Shown: positions 39,039 through 50,052 of the stretch, one piece after another
How positions within the stretch are numbered: position 1 is the stretch's first letter
How the letters are laid out: each line of letters opens with the position of its first letter
Assembly: GCF_009834535.1 (NCBI RefSeq)
Contig: NC_045713.1
Coordinates: forward strand, 17,980,001-18,044,000
DNA from: Camelus ferus
Lineage: Eukaryota
Reading direction: 5' to 3'
Length of the DNA: 64,000 nt
Made by a program: the position numbers and the translations under genes
The notes under the pieces: model-generated
Databases searched by the model: none
The model's input: only the letters and a program-made list of their open reading frames with translations
What the model was told of the DNA's origin: nothing

Positions 39039-40425
39039 ATGGAGTCAGCGGCGCCAGAAGCTGCAAGGGAGAAGTTGGACGGGGCAGAGCAGGGGGAGAA
39101 CCGGACGTCAGGATCCCAGGGAGTCCCGGGGTCCCCCTTCAGTTGCGGAGTTGTTACACCCAATCGGCCCTTCTTGATATGGCCCGGGCAGCCGGCCGCT
39201 CGGGAAATGATGCTGGGCCTGCAGTACCTACGTAGGTCAGTCTCTGGCCCTAGGGAGGAAGAAGATCCTGCCAGGACCAACTATCCTGCTGTCCCCAAAG
39301 CCTTCGAGTGCCGGGAATGTGGACTGACTGCAGCCTATCTCCCTGACGTCGTTCACCACCAAAGCAGCCACGGAGGTGACAAGCCCTACTGCTGTCCAGA
39401 GTGTGGCAAAAGCTTCCGACGTGGCTCAGATCTGGTTAAGCACCACCGGGTACATACTGGCGAGAAACCGTACCCCTGTCCCGAGTGTGGCCGTTGCTTC
39501 AGCCTGAACTCCAACCTCATCCAGCACCGTCGCTCCCACTCAGGCCTCCGGCCCCACAAGTGTCTAGAGTGCGGGGAGGCATTTGGCCGCAGCTCGGACC
39601 TGGTTAAACACCAACGGGTGCACACGGGTGAGAAACCTTATGCCTGTGCGGAGTGTGGTAAGACTTTCAGCGTTAGCTCCAACCTGATCCAGCACCAGCG
39701 GACGCACATAGGCGAGAAGCCCTACCGCTGCGGAGAATGCGGCAAGAGCTTCTGCCTCAGCTCTAACCTGGCGCAGCACCAGCGCTCACACACGGGTGAG
39801 AAGCCCTATCGCTGTGTCTGGTGTGGTGACAGCTTAGCTCTTACCTGCTCAAGCACCAGCGTTCGCACACAGGGGAGAAGCCCTACAGTTGCTGTGAGTG
39901 CGGCAAGAACTTCACCAACAGCTCGGACTGCCTACGGCACCAGCGCACCCACAATGGCGAGCGCCCATTCAGGTGTCCTGAGTGTGACCGTGGCTTTAGT
40001 GAGCGCACCCAGTTCGCTGAGCACCAGCGTATCCACTTGGGTGAACGGCCCTATGCCTGCCCAGAATGTGGCAAAACCTTCAACCACAGCTCCAAGCTCC
40101 TGAAACCCCACGAGCGCACACTGGCGAGAAGCCCTATCAGTGTCCCAACTGCAGCAAGAGTTTTGTACACAGTTCAAATCTGCTGCGGCACCAGCACACT
40201 CACGCTGGCCAGAAGCCTTATGCTTGTAGCGAGTGTGGCAGGAGCTTCCGCCAGAGCTCCCACCTGCTCATCCACCAGGTGGCGCACAGCGGTGAGAAGC
40301 CCTATGTCGGCCTGCTGTGTGGCAAGGCCTTTGCCCGCAGCTCCAACCTGGGCCAGCACCAGCGGACACACCAGGGTGGCAGCCCATATCCCTGGCTTAA
40401 GTTTCAGCCCCAACTTCAGCCCTGA
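39039..40425 (+). pseudogene. Single-exon C2H2 zinc-finger gene, 13 tandem fingers, two frameshifts (in the ARMC5-COX6A2 interval that holds ZNF843 in human; orthology not established)
   Basis: Kozak GCAATGG at 39039. Six fingers with TGEKP linkers in frame, then a shift at about 39835/39836 in finger 7 and a second at about 40106-40110 in finger 10. Finger 13 has Cys>Gly (40309-40311); stop at 40423-40425. Confidence 0.85.
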
Positions 40426-41539
40426 CTTGGGTCCAGACCTCAAGAGGCCTGAGCAGACTAGCACTTCTCAGCAAACCTTGTTTCTGCTCCTCTAGGGTTG
40501 CTGGTTTGTGGGCTGAATCAGGGAACCCCAGGCTGGAGGAATCAGAACAGAAAAGTGGACTTAGGCCTGGCCTGTGAGGCCCTGGAGACAGAAGGCCAGC
40601 TGGAGGGAGATTTTTTGGTTGGCAAGTGCTATCCATCACTGGCGCAGCTGCTTCAAGATGCAGATACACCTTTGGCAGCTGCTGGCCAGATCCCTTCAAA
40701 GGCCTAGGGAGGGATGATGCTAATCACACCCAGAGCAACAACTACCTTGTCCCAGAGGAACAGGGCTGGACACCAGGCAAGCCCCCATGAAGAACGCAGT
40801 GGAGAAGGGAGCGGGGTCAGGGGGCCCTAACCTCCAGAGCAGACCCTAAGGAAGGCTGTGTTGTGGCAGAAGGACCAGGCAATTTGAATTTGGGACTATT
40901 ATGTGAGCTCTGGGGTGTATGACCCCTTTGAGAGAACTCTTGTAAAGAACAGGGTGAAACTGGTGGGGCCCTGGGCCAAAGCAAAGGACGAGGAGACCTG
41001 TCTGTTGATTTCAGGGGATGCTTTGTGCCATTTCTAGGCAGGGGCAAAAGGCCCGAGGTTGGTCATCTACCCCTTCCTCTTCTTTAGCCTATTACCTCGC
41101 AGGTTCCCCGGGCTCTATCTCTGATCCCTCAACAGGAAAAATGGTGAAGATTCACTTGTGCCCAGACACTGGGGATTGGACATGGCCCTTTTGCCTGGGC
41201 CCTGCAGAGGGCTGTCTAAGTAAACAAATGTGTTTCTGTTGGTAAAACTTAAGCGTATATGGAAGCCAGAGGGAGGCTTCCTTAAGCAATGCACAGTGTG
41301 TGCCCGGAGCCGAGTCTAAGCTGTGAGGCCCTTCTCTTTCCTCCTGGTAGCTTGCTTTGTTCCTGGGAGGGGCACAGACTGTAGCCTTTTTGAGGTTGGG
41401 GGAGGCCTACTGCCCACCCAGTGGAACCATAAGCCCCATGCATCTGGTGCCCTGTCCCACAGTCTTGCCTTTTATCAGGCTTGGTGCATCTAGAACTGTA
41501 CCCACATAGAATAGGGGCTGAAGGGAAGTAACCCCTCTC

Positions 41540-41725
41540 TCAGCTTCTAACAGTGTCCAGGCTTCTCTCTTCCTATCTGTGTGACCTCGGACAGGTCTAC
41601 CTCTTCTGAGCTTCAGTTTCTTCATCTGTAAAACAGGGATGATAATAGTTACCTCTCAGGATTGTGGCAAGGGATTCATGGGACTACCTACCTGAAACAC
41701 TCGGGTCAAGGAAGTGATTTGGTAA
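41540..41725 (-). mobile_element. MIR SINE
   Basis: CTGAGCTTCAGTTTCTTCATCTGTAAAACAGGGATGATAATAGTTACC. Confidence 0.7.
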
Positions 41726-42799
41726 ATGTCAGTTCCCCGCTCTTCCTCAAGGCTCGAGCCCTTTCACTGGTGGCATCGGTCCGCAGGCACCACATGCTAG
41801 CACTTGCTAGCTTCTCCCAAAGGTTATAAAAATGAGCAAGACAGCCCCAGTCCCAGGGTAGCTTTGTGTCGCGAAGGAGAAGGACTCAGGACCGATGCTG
41901 GCAGTGGAGAAAGGGCACTTTCACCTGGAGCAAATATAAGAGGCTTCCTCAAGGTGACAGGTAATGAATGCCACTTGTCTCCTGAAGCTGGGAGCAACAT
42001 ATGCCCCAGGGCACGGGGTCCCTGATGAAGGGAAAGTTTCTTGCATGTTCCCCATCAACGGCACTTCGTAGAGCACAAGCCAGGGCCAGAGTTGGAAGCC
42101 TGAGCCAGGCACATCCACAGTAGGCGCTCAATAAATAGTTGTTAAGATCAGGTCCTGTTTATACTCTTCCGAGTGGCCTTTGGGCTCAGCTTCCTCAGGG
42201 GTGGATTGTATTCTCTGCAAAATCTCTACCTGCAGATGGATGTTAGGTACGTGGCAGAGGTGGGCGTGGGAGGAGGATTTGTTTGCACAATCCCTTTTAG
42301 TTACCTGGAAGCTAGTTTCTCACATTAAGAGGCGCTCTGAAAATACTAAGGCCTGGGACGGTTGAGAGGGAGGGGAACTCAGTAATACTGCCTCCCCTGG
42401 GCTGGCCCTTCTTCTGCTTAGGTCAGGACATGAGCTTGGATTCCGTCCAGATCTGTCTCTGATCTCACCCAGTCTTGGGACTCAGGTTCCTCCTCTGAGC
42501 CTGGTGGGCGGTGTAGAGGCAGGTGTCGCGGAGTGGGTGTGGCCACGGTCTGGCAGCTGGCAGTCCCGCCCACCCGGAAGCTCAACTGTGACGACTTCGG
42601 TGCTTTTTGGGGAAGGGTGCCGGGGATGCTGGAGCAGCACCTCCCGGTCCAAGTAAGATTCCCTCCCTCCTCCCGTCCCTCGACATTCACCAGGAGGACA
42701 GGGATTCTGCATTGTCTTTATTTAAATGGTCGATATTTTGTTCACTACGCATTTTTTTGCATTCATTTTGATTTTTTGAAATACCGCATTACAATGTCG

Positions 42800-43560
42800 T
42801 TTATCTTGATTACTGAGTTTGGAGGCGCCCCGTGAAATTCTGTACCACAATTCAGCGCCTCACTCGCCTTCGCCTCACCCTAATCCCGCCTGGGCTTGCG
42901 ACCCAGCCAGCCTCTTGAACCTTGCCACCCAGCGCCATCCAGCCCCGGCCGCTCGCCACTTCCCTCTACCCCTAGGGGGCGCGAAGTTCCGGCCTCCAGC
43001 GCGTCCTATGCACCCTCTGCGCACAGGGAGGAGAGAGCGGCTCGGGGGCGGGGTCGACGCGTCTGCGTGCGCGCGGCTCAAAAATCGCTGGGCGGGGGCA
43101 ACTGGGTGATCCCTGGCGTGGTACCGAAAACCTCATGCTTGAGGAGAGACCGCCTCTAGCCATTCCTCTCATGTTCTAGTTAGGGACTGGGATGGGGTTC
43201 CTATGCAGCGCTTTGTCATGTGCTCACTGCTCTTACCGTTTCGGCCCTTCTTGGGAAGGCAAGGGGACGGGGGCGCGTTTTCTGAGGAAGTGAGAAGCTA
43301 GCTGGGCGGCCGGGGCTGGAGCGCCCCCTGCCAGAGGCTGGGTAAGGATGCCCGAGACCCTCCACATCCGGGTCTCCGGGTCTTCGGGGGCAGGGGTCAA
43401 CGCACTTCCCGCTCCCAGGACCCCCTGCGGGAGACTACATTTCCCAACAGGCCCCTCGGAGGCTGCCGGCCGCGATCTGGCAGTGGCGCCCCTCTCGGAG
43501 CAGGACGTGGAGCGGAGAAAAAGTGGGGAAAAAATGTTACTCTATGAGAATTTCAGACGG
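42800..43560. promoter_or_regulatory. Orphan CpG island with promoter motifs
   Basis: Dense CpG; GC box at about 43045; GACTACATTTCCCAACAGGCC at about 43433-43453 (ZNF143/THAP11 type); CTCF-like GCGCCCCCTGCCAG at 43321-43334. Confidence 0.65.
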
Positions 43561-43599
43561 CAGAGAAGTGCTTCATAGCATCATCCATGGAGTTTCCAG

Positions 43600-44315
43600 A
43601 CTTGCTACCCCAGTCCTTGATTCCTTGTTCTCCCCTAGCACAGCACCTCCAACTCAAGTCCCGCCAGGTACCACATCCTATTCGCCTACTTTAGAAAGTT
43701 TTCTCAACTCTGTCTTCCCTCTGTTGCCAGTTCTACTGCCTTAAGTGCAAGTCCTTGCCATCATTTGCCTAGATTATTGCAGTAGACTCCTTTTCAGTCT
43801 TCTCTGCTTCCAGCCTCTGCATTCTGGTTCATCATACGTATAATCCATCAGTGATAGTACTAGCTTAAACCCCAGACTCCAACATTGAGTCTGATGTCAC
43901 TCCCCTGCTTAAAAGCATCTGTGCCCACCCTCACCCCCCCAACATGGCCTACAGAAGAGAGTTCAAATGCTTCAACATGACCTACATGTCTTCTCAGTCT
44001 GGCTCTGCCCTACCTCTGCAGCTTTACTGGCCACGGCCTTTCAGACCTCTGTGTTTTTGTACTTAACTTTATTTCCAACTTCCCAGAATGACCTTCCCCC
44101 TTTTCTGTTACCTAAACTTGTCCTACTTATTATGTGAGCCCCCAAAGCCTTCCCACAGTCCCCTGTCACACCTGAGGTGGTAACTGCTACAGCGTCATTG
44201 AGAACCGTCGCGAATGCCAGGTCACATGTCTGACTTCCCCGTAGACGGAGCTCCATAAGGGCAGAGACCCTGGCCTAGTGCCTGACTCACCGTAGGCGCT
44301 CAGTAAATATTAATT
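43600..44315 (+). mobile_element. L2 LINE fragment
   Basis: GATGTCACTCCCCTGCTTAAAAGC...GTAGGCGCTCAGTAAATATTAATTGAAT (L2 3' end). Confidence 0.7.
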
Positions 44316-44346
44316 GAATCAAGGAACCACTTCTGGTTTTTCAGAG

Positions 44347-46250
44347 TTTTTTTTTTTTAATGCTAAGACTCAGGTTTCTTTCATCCTCATCCTCCCAAGA
44401 TACAACGTGGACACACTTGGGAAGTTAACCAAAGTGACCACGAAGCTGACCACACCCAATCGGAAGTCTTCCTGGTCATTTTACTTGCCAGTCAATGAGA
44501 TCATGGTTATGTCTATAGTGGTAACAGAGAAAAGCAACTAAAGACTATGCTGTTTACTTGGATCCAGTGCACTTCACCGGAAGTGGTTCCTTGCATCTGT
44601 AAGGATGAGATTATCACAAATTGCAAGGATGGTCTCATCAAATTTTCAGCATCATCAGTGATAGTACAGAAGGGCCTTCAAGTGTATTGTCAATAATCAG
44701 CATTTGCAGTGGCAAAATAGTGGTTTAGAAAATATCTGAGATTAATAAGTAATCATTTTAAGGCCTCTTTACATACTAGTTGGTCTAGTGAACACAGCAC
44801 TTGGATGTGAGATGTAGGGCCCATATGGGAGCAGCAATTTCAAACTGTGGCAGGTGGTCTAGCCGCAGTCTGGCCTTGAGTTACACGAGCCACGAAGCCA
44901 ACTAAGCACAAGTGTGCCTGGCTCAGCTAAAGTCTTCTGTGTCCCCAGCATTAGATACGTATTTCAGATAAATCAGGTAACAGCATATAGATTTATTTTG
45001 ATGAATAACACTGTACTATTATGAAATGGAAGAAGAAAATAAAAATACAAAGACTCAACCTATTAAATCCTTAGCAAGTTGGACTATATCTCAATGTATG
45101 ATTTATTTGACTTAATTCCATTTTAACAAATATCAGAGCCCTTCACTTCAAGTGCCCATTAAGTTTAATTCATTGAAGTCATACATCCTCCAGAATGTTT
45201 ATTAAAGACATTTATAATGTATCTACGAAAGAAGGCAAAAAAGTTTCAATAAAATGTGGATCACAGTACAGGGGAACAGAAGTAGGAAATGTGTTGGTAA
45301 AAGTTTAGAGATATGCTGTCTTTTCACTAGAAACATTTAGCACACAATGAAGACTCAAAACCCCCTCTCATACTGGCTTTTTGTTATTTCATGGAACTGA
45401 AAAGCCTAAGAGTACAAATCTTTCTCAATTCTGGTACATCTTGATCGGGGTGGGGGGGGGGTTCAAATAATATTAACAAGGCAAGATTTCTCCCAATCTT
45501 TCAAGTCTGCTCTAAAAATGGCTTCAATATTGGCTTTCATCTAAGGCTCCAGTTGAACTCTTAAGTCCAGTTGAAGTACTACTGTGTCTCAACAGCTCCA
45601 GAAAGAAGTCCCCAAATTGAGACTCATGGACCTGTGCCCCTCCCAAACCAATCACTATGGCCAGGAGAACGGAGTGCTCTGATTGGCTAGGCCAGGGTCA
45701 GGTGGCCCCTCTTAGAGCTGGAGGAGGGAGTCAACCCCACCTGAACTGTGAACAGAAAATGGTGGTGGTAGGGCTGGTGGTGGTGATTTCACAAAGAAAA
45801 CCCAGGGAGTTATTACCAGAAGAAGACATAGGTATGATGAGCAGATGACACAGAACGACAGATGTCTGTTACAATAAACTTCTAGTCCCTTCCAGTGTCA
45901 GAGGAAGCTAACAGCCCCTCTTTAGACCCTATTATCCCATAGAATGAGCTACTGGTGGGCTCTACCCTGATTCTGTCTTACCTCAAACTCCCCTTACTGT
46001 TCATTGTAACTAACCCATGTCTTGTATCATCACTAAATTGTCTTTTGGGACAATTCCATTTCAAATATTTGGTCTTAGGGCCTCCACAAACAAAGTTTAT
46101 ATTTAGTAAATCACATATTGGATTGATCGTTGCTTTGGAAAATATGATCATGGTCGTGGTCATGGCGTCCCAGGAAACAGGCACGAGAGAGACCTCCATG
46201 CAGTCGTCCCTCCACACCCTTCACCACCAACAGCTGAGGAATGTCTGAAG
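44347..46250 (-). pseudogene. Unidentified decayed coding relic with 3'UTR-like tail and poly(A)
   Basis: T12 at 44347-44358 on +; about 1 kb AT-rich UTR-like segment; stop-interrupted protein-like frame at about 45384-45631. Parent gene not recognised. Confidence 0.35.
45632..45830. mobile_element. MLT1-type (ERVL-MaLR) LTR fragment
   Basis: CCAATCACTATGGCCAGG...CTGATTGGCTAGGCCAGGGTCAGGTGGCCCCTC...GAGTCAACCCCACC. Confidence 0.55.
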
Positions 46251-46530
46251 GGGGGCTGGGATGCTGCCCACTGGGGTTTATTTAACAGCTAGTGAACTTG
46301 TTCTTCCCTCTGCCTGCAGCAAAGAAAAACCTAAACTTCTAGAAACTGGAAGCTTTGGCAGCAGCTCAATTAATTATGTGAGAGAGAACTTATGAAACAG
46401 TAGTGGGTATAAAGACAGCAGGAGCTGGCTCTGCACTGCCTCTTACACAGAGGCAGTTAAGACAAAAACCACCATCAGCCTAGAAAAGCACAGACTCCCT
46501 GTATAGAAGTCTCTGGGTACTTGGGCAGGT

Positions 46531-46549
46531 GCGCCACAAGGGGGCGACA
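46531..46549 (+). promoter_or_regulatory. Candidate CTCF site
   Basis: GCGCCACAAGGGGGCGACA closely matches CCASYAGRKGGCRS. Confidence 0.55.
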
Positions 46550-47599
46550 GCAGCAGAGGATGCTAGCAGCCCTCAGGCCACTGACCAAGTACCAGCCAGA
46601 AAAACTCTTAGTGGGAACTTCCAAGCTGAGACCTGGGGAAGAGAGTTCTCAGGGAATTGTTTGGCAATGACCGTCAAAGCTCTGAGCGGAGAGAGGGGCG
46701 CTTAGAACCTTTTCATGTAAAAATACCCTTCTTCATTTCTGTTTTCTCCAAGAGTCATATCGTAAGTTGGGAGGGAGCTGGAGGGGGCTGTGTGTGGACA
46801 GAGAAGGTCAAGTAACTTTAACTGGAATAAGGCCCCATCTTCTCAGCAGCAGTTCCAAAGTCCAGCTAGGAAAAAGCAACTATAGGAGAAATTCCATCAT
46901 AGATCAGTGAGGGTGCAGGAATAATTTAGCAGCACTACATAACATTTGATTGTTCAACAAGTTTCCTAAAAAAAAATGACCCCAAAAAGGTTAAAAAAAA
47001 AAAAAAAAAGCCCTCCCCCACAAAAGAACCAGTTTAGAATTACCAGGAAGAACAGGTCTGGAGTCCCTTCTTGAAAATATACCTTCCTCATTTTTCTTTC
47101 ATATATTTAGATTAGATACATAAAACTTATTTTTCTTTTATATATTTAATTCAGATTAGGTGTATCAGCTCTTGATCAAAACTGGAGGCATCCTGTTGGA
47201 CAGTAGTTCTGAAAAGGCATTTCCATAGAGTTATCCAAAGTAACATGGTTCAAACATTCATTAAATACATATTTTTAGAGCACCCACTTCATGCCAAGTT
47301 CAGTGCCGGTGCTGAGGAAAGAACCACGAACACCGCAGATGTCAGCCCTGCCCTGTCTTGCAGATTTCTAAAACCCTGATTTCTAGAGCCTCTAAGGTTC
47401 ATACGGGCCTGCCTGTGTGTTCTTCCTCTTCCTCCAAGTAGTCAGGTTTTTTCCAGACTGAAAAAACATACTTAGCAGTAGACACCTGTCAAATTTGTGG
47501 CTGTCCAGCACCTTGGAAATACTCATCCTATACTGGGGGATTTTCTCCAAGATACAATTCCCACCTCCTGAAGGCAGAACTCAATTTCTCAATCTTTAA

Positions 47600-47690
47600 A
47601 ATAATTTTTTTTAAGTTGGGGTGCTGGGGATTGAACCCAGGACCTCGTGCATGCTAAGCATGCGCTCCACCACTGAGCTGTACCCAGCCC
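47600..47690 (-). mobile_element. tRNA-derived SINE (camelid-type)
   Basis: GGGGATTGAACCCAGGACCTCGTGCATGCTAAGCATGCGCTCCACCACTGAGCTGTAC on +. Confidence 0.8.
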
Positions 47691-48243
47691 ATTCCAACCT
47701 TTCTTGAAGCCAGGGCACAGGCAATGATGTCAGTGTTGCTGATTGGTGCCCTCTTAATTCTTTGATTCATAAGAGAACAACTCAAAGATGCAAGTTTCAT
47801 GAAGAATCCATTTTCAAGAGGGGGTGAGGGTGGAAGAATCTGGCTTTTGATGCAATAAAATTATTTTAAGGCAGGACAAGAAAAATTTTAAGCAGAAAAT
47901 TCTCTGCCCATTTGAGGCACCACCCCTTCCCTTTAGTGTGCATTGTGAATCTGCATTATCCATTAACTTTAGATCCCCTTAGAAGAACAGGAATGCCTGC
48001 TTGCCAAAAAACCAAAACAGAACAAAAAGGCAATTTCCTCCTAGCACCAGCAAAGTAATTCCTTGGGAGATAACACTCCTTTCCCAATACTGTAACAGGT
48101 CACAATAACTCACTGTATGCATTGTTGGACTATGTAAATTGTCAATATGTTATTCTGATGTATAACCCTTTGTCTCAAACACTTATAATAACTGCCTTGA
48201 CCTTTAGAAACGTCCTCAGAGCTTTCTGTAAGACTGTCTCCCC

Positions 48244-48682
48244 AGTTATTTTTTTTATTTTTATTTTTAAATTGACTTATAGTCGATTTACAATGTTGTG
48301 CTAGTTTCCAGTGTACAGCATAGTGACACAACTTTATACATATATTCCTTTTCATATTCTTTTTCATTATAGGGTATTACAAGATATTGAATACAGTTCC
48401 CTGTGCTATACAGCCAGACCCCACTGTTTATCTATCTTATGCACAGCAGCTAGGATCTGCAAATCCCAAACTTCCAATTTACCCCTCCTCTCTTCCCACC
48501 CCCTCCCCCGGCAACCATAAGTTTATATTCTATGCGAGGCCATTTCTGCTTTTTAAACAAGTTCATTGGTGTCATCTTTTAAGATTTCACATATAAGTGA
48601 TATCATATGGTATTTGTCTTTCTCTTTCTGGCTTACTTTGCTTAGTATGAGCATCTCTAGGTCCATCCATGCTGCTGCAAAT
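48244..48682 (-). mobile_element. 5'-truncated artiodactyl-type L1 3' end with TSD
   Basis: TTTACAATGTTGTGCTAGTTTCCAGTGTACAGCATAGTG...GTCCATCCATGCTGCTGCAAAT; TSD ACTGTCTCCCC at 48233-48243 and 48683-48693. Confidence 0.85.
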
Positions 48683-49284
48683 ACTGTCTCCCCGGTTACA
48701 ATCCTCAGGTTGGCTCGAATCAAGTTTTCCTCTTCTTTCTTAGACTGACTGTTAATTAAATTTTTGATGACACTTTCCAGGGCAGCACTGATGAAGTTTT
48801 TGGCATCCAGTGTCCAGCACTGTGAACTGTGGTGGTGTCTCCCTGCAGCTGGCCCACAGAACGGTTTGTTTCTGGCGGTGCGGACGGTAGTCCTCTCAGG
48901 CTGGACCAGAGATACTGCTACCTCAGATTCCCAACTGCTTATCTTCTAAAAACTAGTCAAAGCAAGTTCTGCTCTTTGCAAAGAATTGTTACTAATACAT
49001 ATACTGAGCTCCAGTTATGTGCCAGACTCTAAGCTGGCACATTCCTATATTACTTCACTTAAACTTCATAAAGATCATTTAAGGTACAATTTATTATATA
49101 TTTTACACATTAAAAAAAAACCCTTAAGTTCAAAAGGACACAATTCATTCTGCAAATATTTAGTAAAGACCTAGCCACTGGGAATAGAGTATTGAACAAA
49201 ATAGTTCTCTGAAACTATATATATATATATAAAACAATATTGTATTTTAAATGTCCTTTTACTTTGGTAAGAGGCACAGTACAG

Positions 49285-49386
49285 CAGCTGTCTGGAGAGA
49301 AGGATCTCCTGCCAGTCAGGCCTCATTTTAAATATAGAAACCCCCTAAAAATAGCCACTCATGTTACAGACTCAACAGGTGATTGG
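49285..49386 (+). promoter_or_regulatory. Muscle-specific COX6A2 promoter: E-boxes and two MEF2 sites
   Basis: CAGCTG 49285-49290, TTAAATATAG 49328-49337, CTAAAAATAG 49345-49354, CAGGTG 49376-49381. MEF2/E-box control of COX6A2 is established. Confidence 0.75.
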
Positions 49387-49469
49387 CCCAAAGAGAGGAG
49401 AGGGGAGCCTAGGCCTCACTGAAGGAGACTGAAAGGACAGTGCTGTTGTCCCCAGCTTCTCCCACCGAA

Positions 49470-50023
49470 ATGTCTTTGCCTCTGGGGTCCTTGAGTCGGG
49501 GCTTGGCCAGTGCGGCCAAGGGAGACCACGGAGGGGCCGGAGGTGAGTGCAGCCGGAGCCTGACCCCTTGGGTTCCTGACCTTGTCCATCTGTCCCCCAA
49601 CTCCCACCTCTGGGCCCTTTCAGGGCCCTGGCAACACCCCCACCGGTGATCCTCCCCCGCGCCCCAGTCCACCTCTCTCTCTCACCCGGGCCTGTCCCCT
49701 GCTGCAGCCCGCACCTGGCGCCTCCTGACCTTCATGCTGGCGCTCCCGAGCGTGGCCCTCTGCACACTCAACTCCTGGCTCCACTCGGGCCACCACAAGC
49801 GCCCCGAGTTCATCCCCTACCACCATCTCCGGATCCGCACCAAGGTACACTGGCCCCCGAGGGCGCGAGCGGGCAGAGGGGTGAGGGGATGCGGGGGCCC
49901 CCCAGGCTGACTCCTTGCTCTCCCTCCCTCTCTCCACAGCCCTACTCCTGGGGAGACGGCAACCACACTCTTTTCCACAATCCCCGGGTCAACCCTCTGC
50001 CCACGGGCTATGAACAGCCCTGA
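49470..50023 (+). CDS. COX6A2: Cytochrome c oxidase subunit 6A2 (heart/muscle), 97 aa precursor
   Basis: Exons 49470-49542, 49708-49844, 49940-50023; [22 protein letters not shown]...[42 protein letters not shown]. Confidence 0.98.
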
Positions 50024-50046
50024 GACCTTGACTGATGCCCTCAGAC

Positions 50047-50052
50047 AATAAA
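50047..50052 (+). terminator. COX6A2: COX6A2 polyadenylation signal AATAAA
   Basis: 24 nt after the stop codon. Confidence 0.85.

Noticed and set aside
46700-47110. Faint zinc-finger-like words (EKFH...HLIVQQ) and two acceptor-like pyrimidine tracts
   Set aside because: No Cys/His spacing or 84-nt periodicity; too weak to call a ZNF relic.
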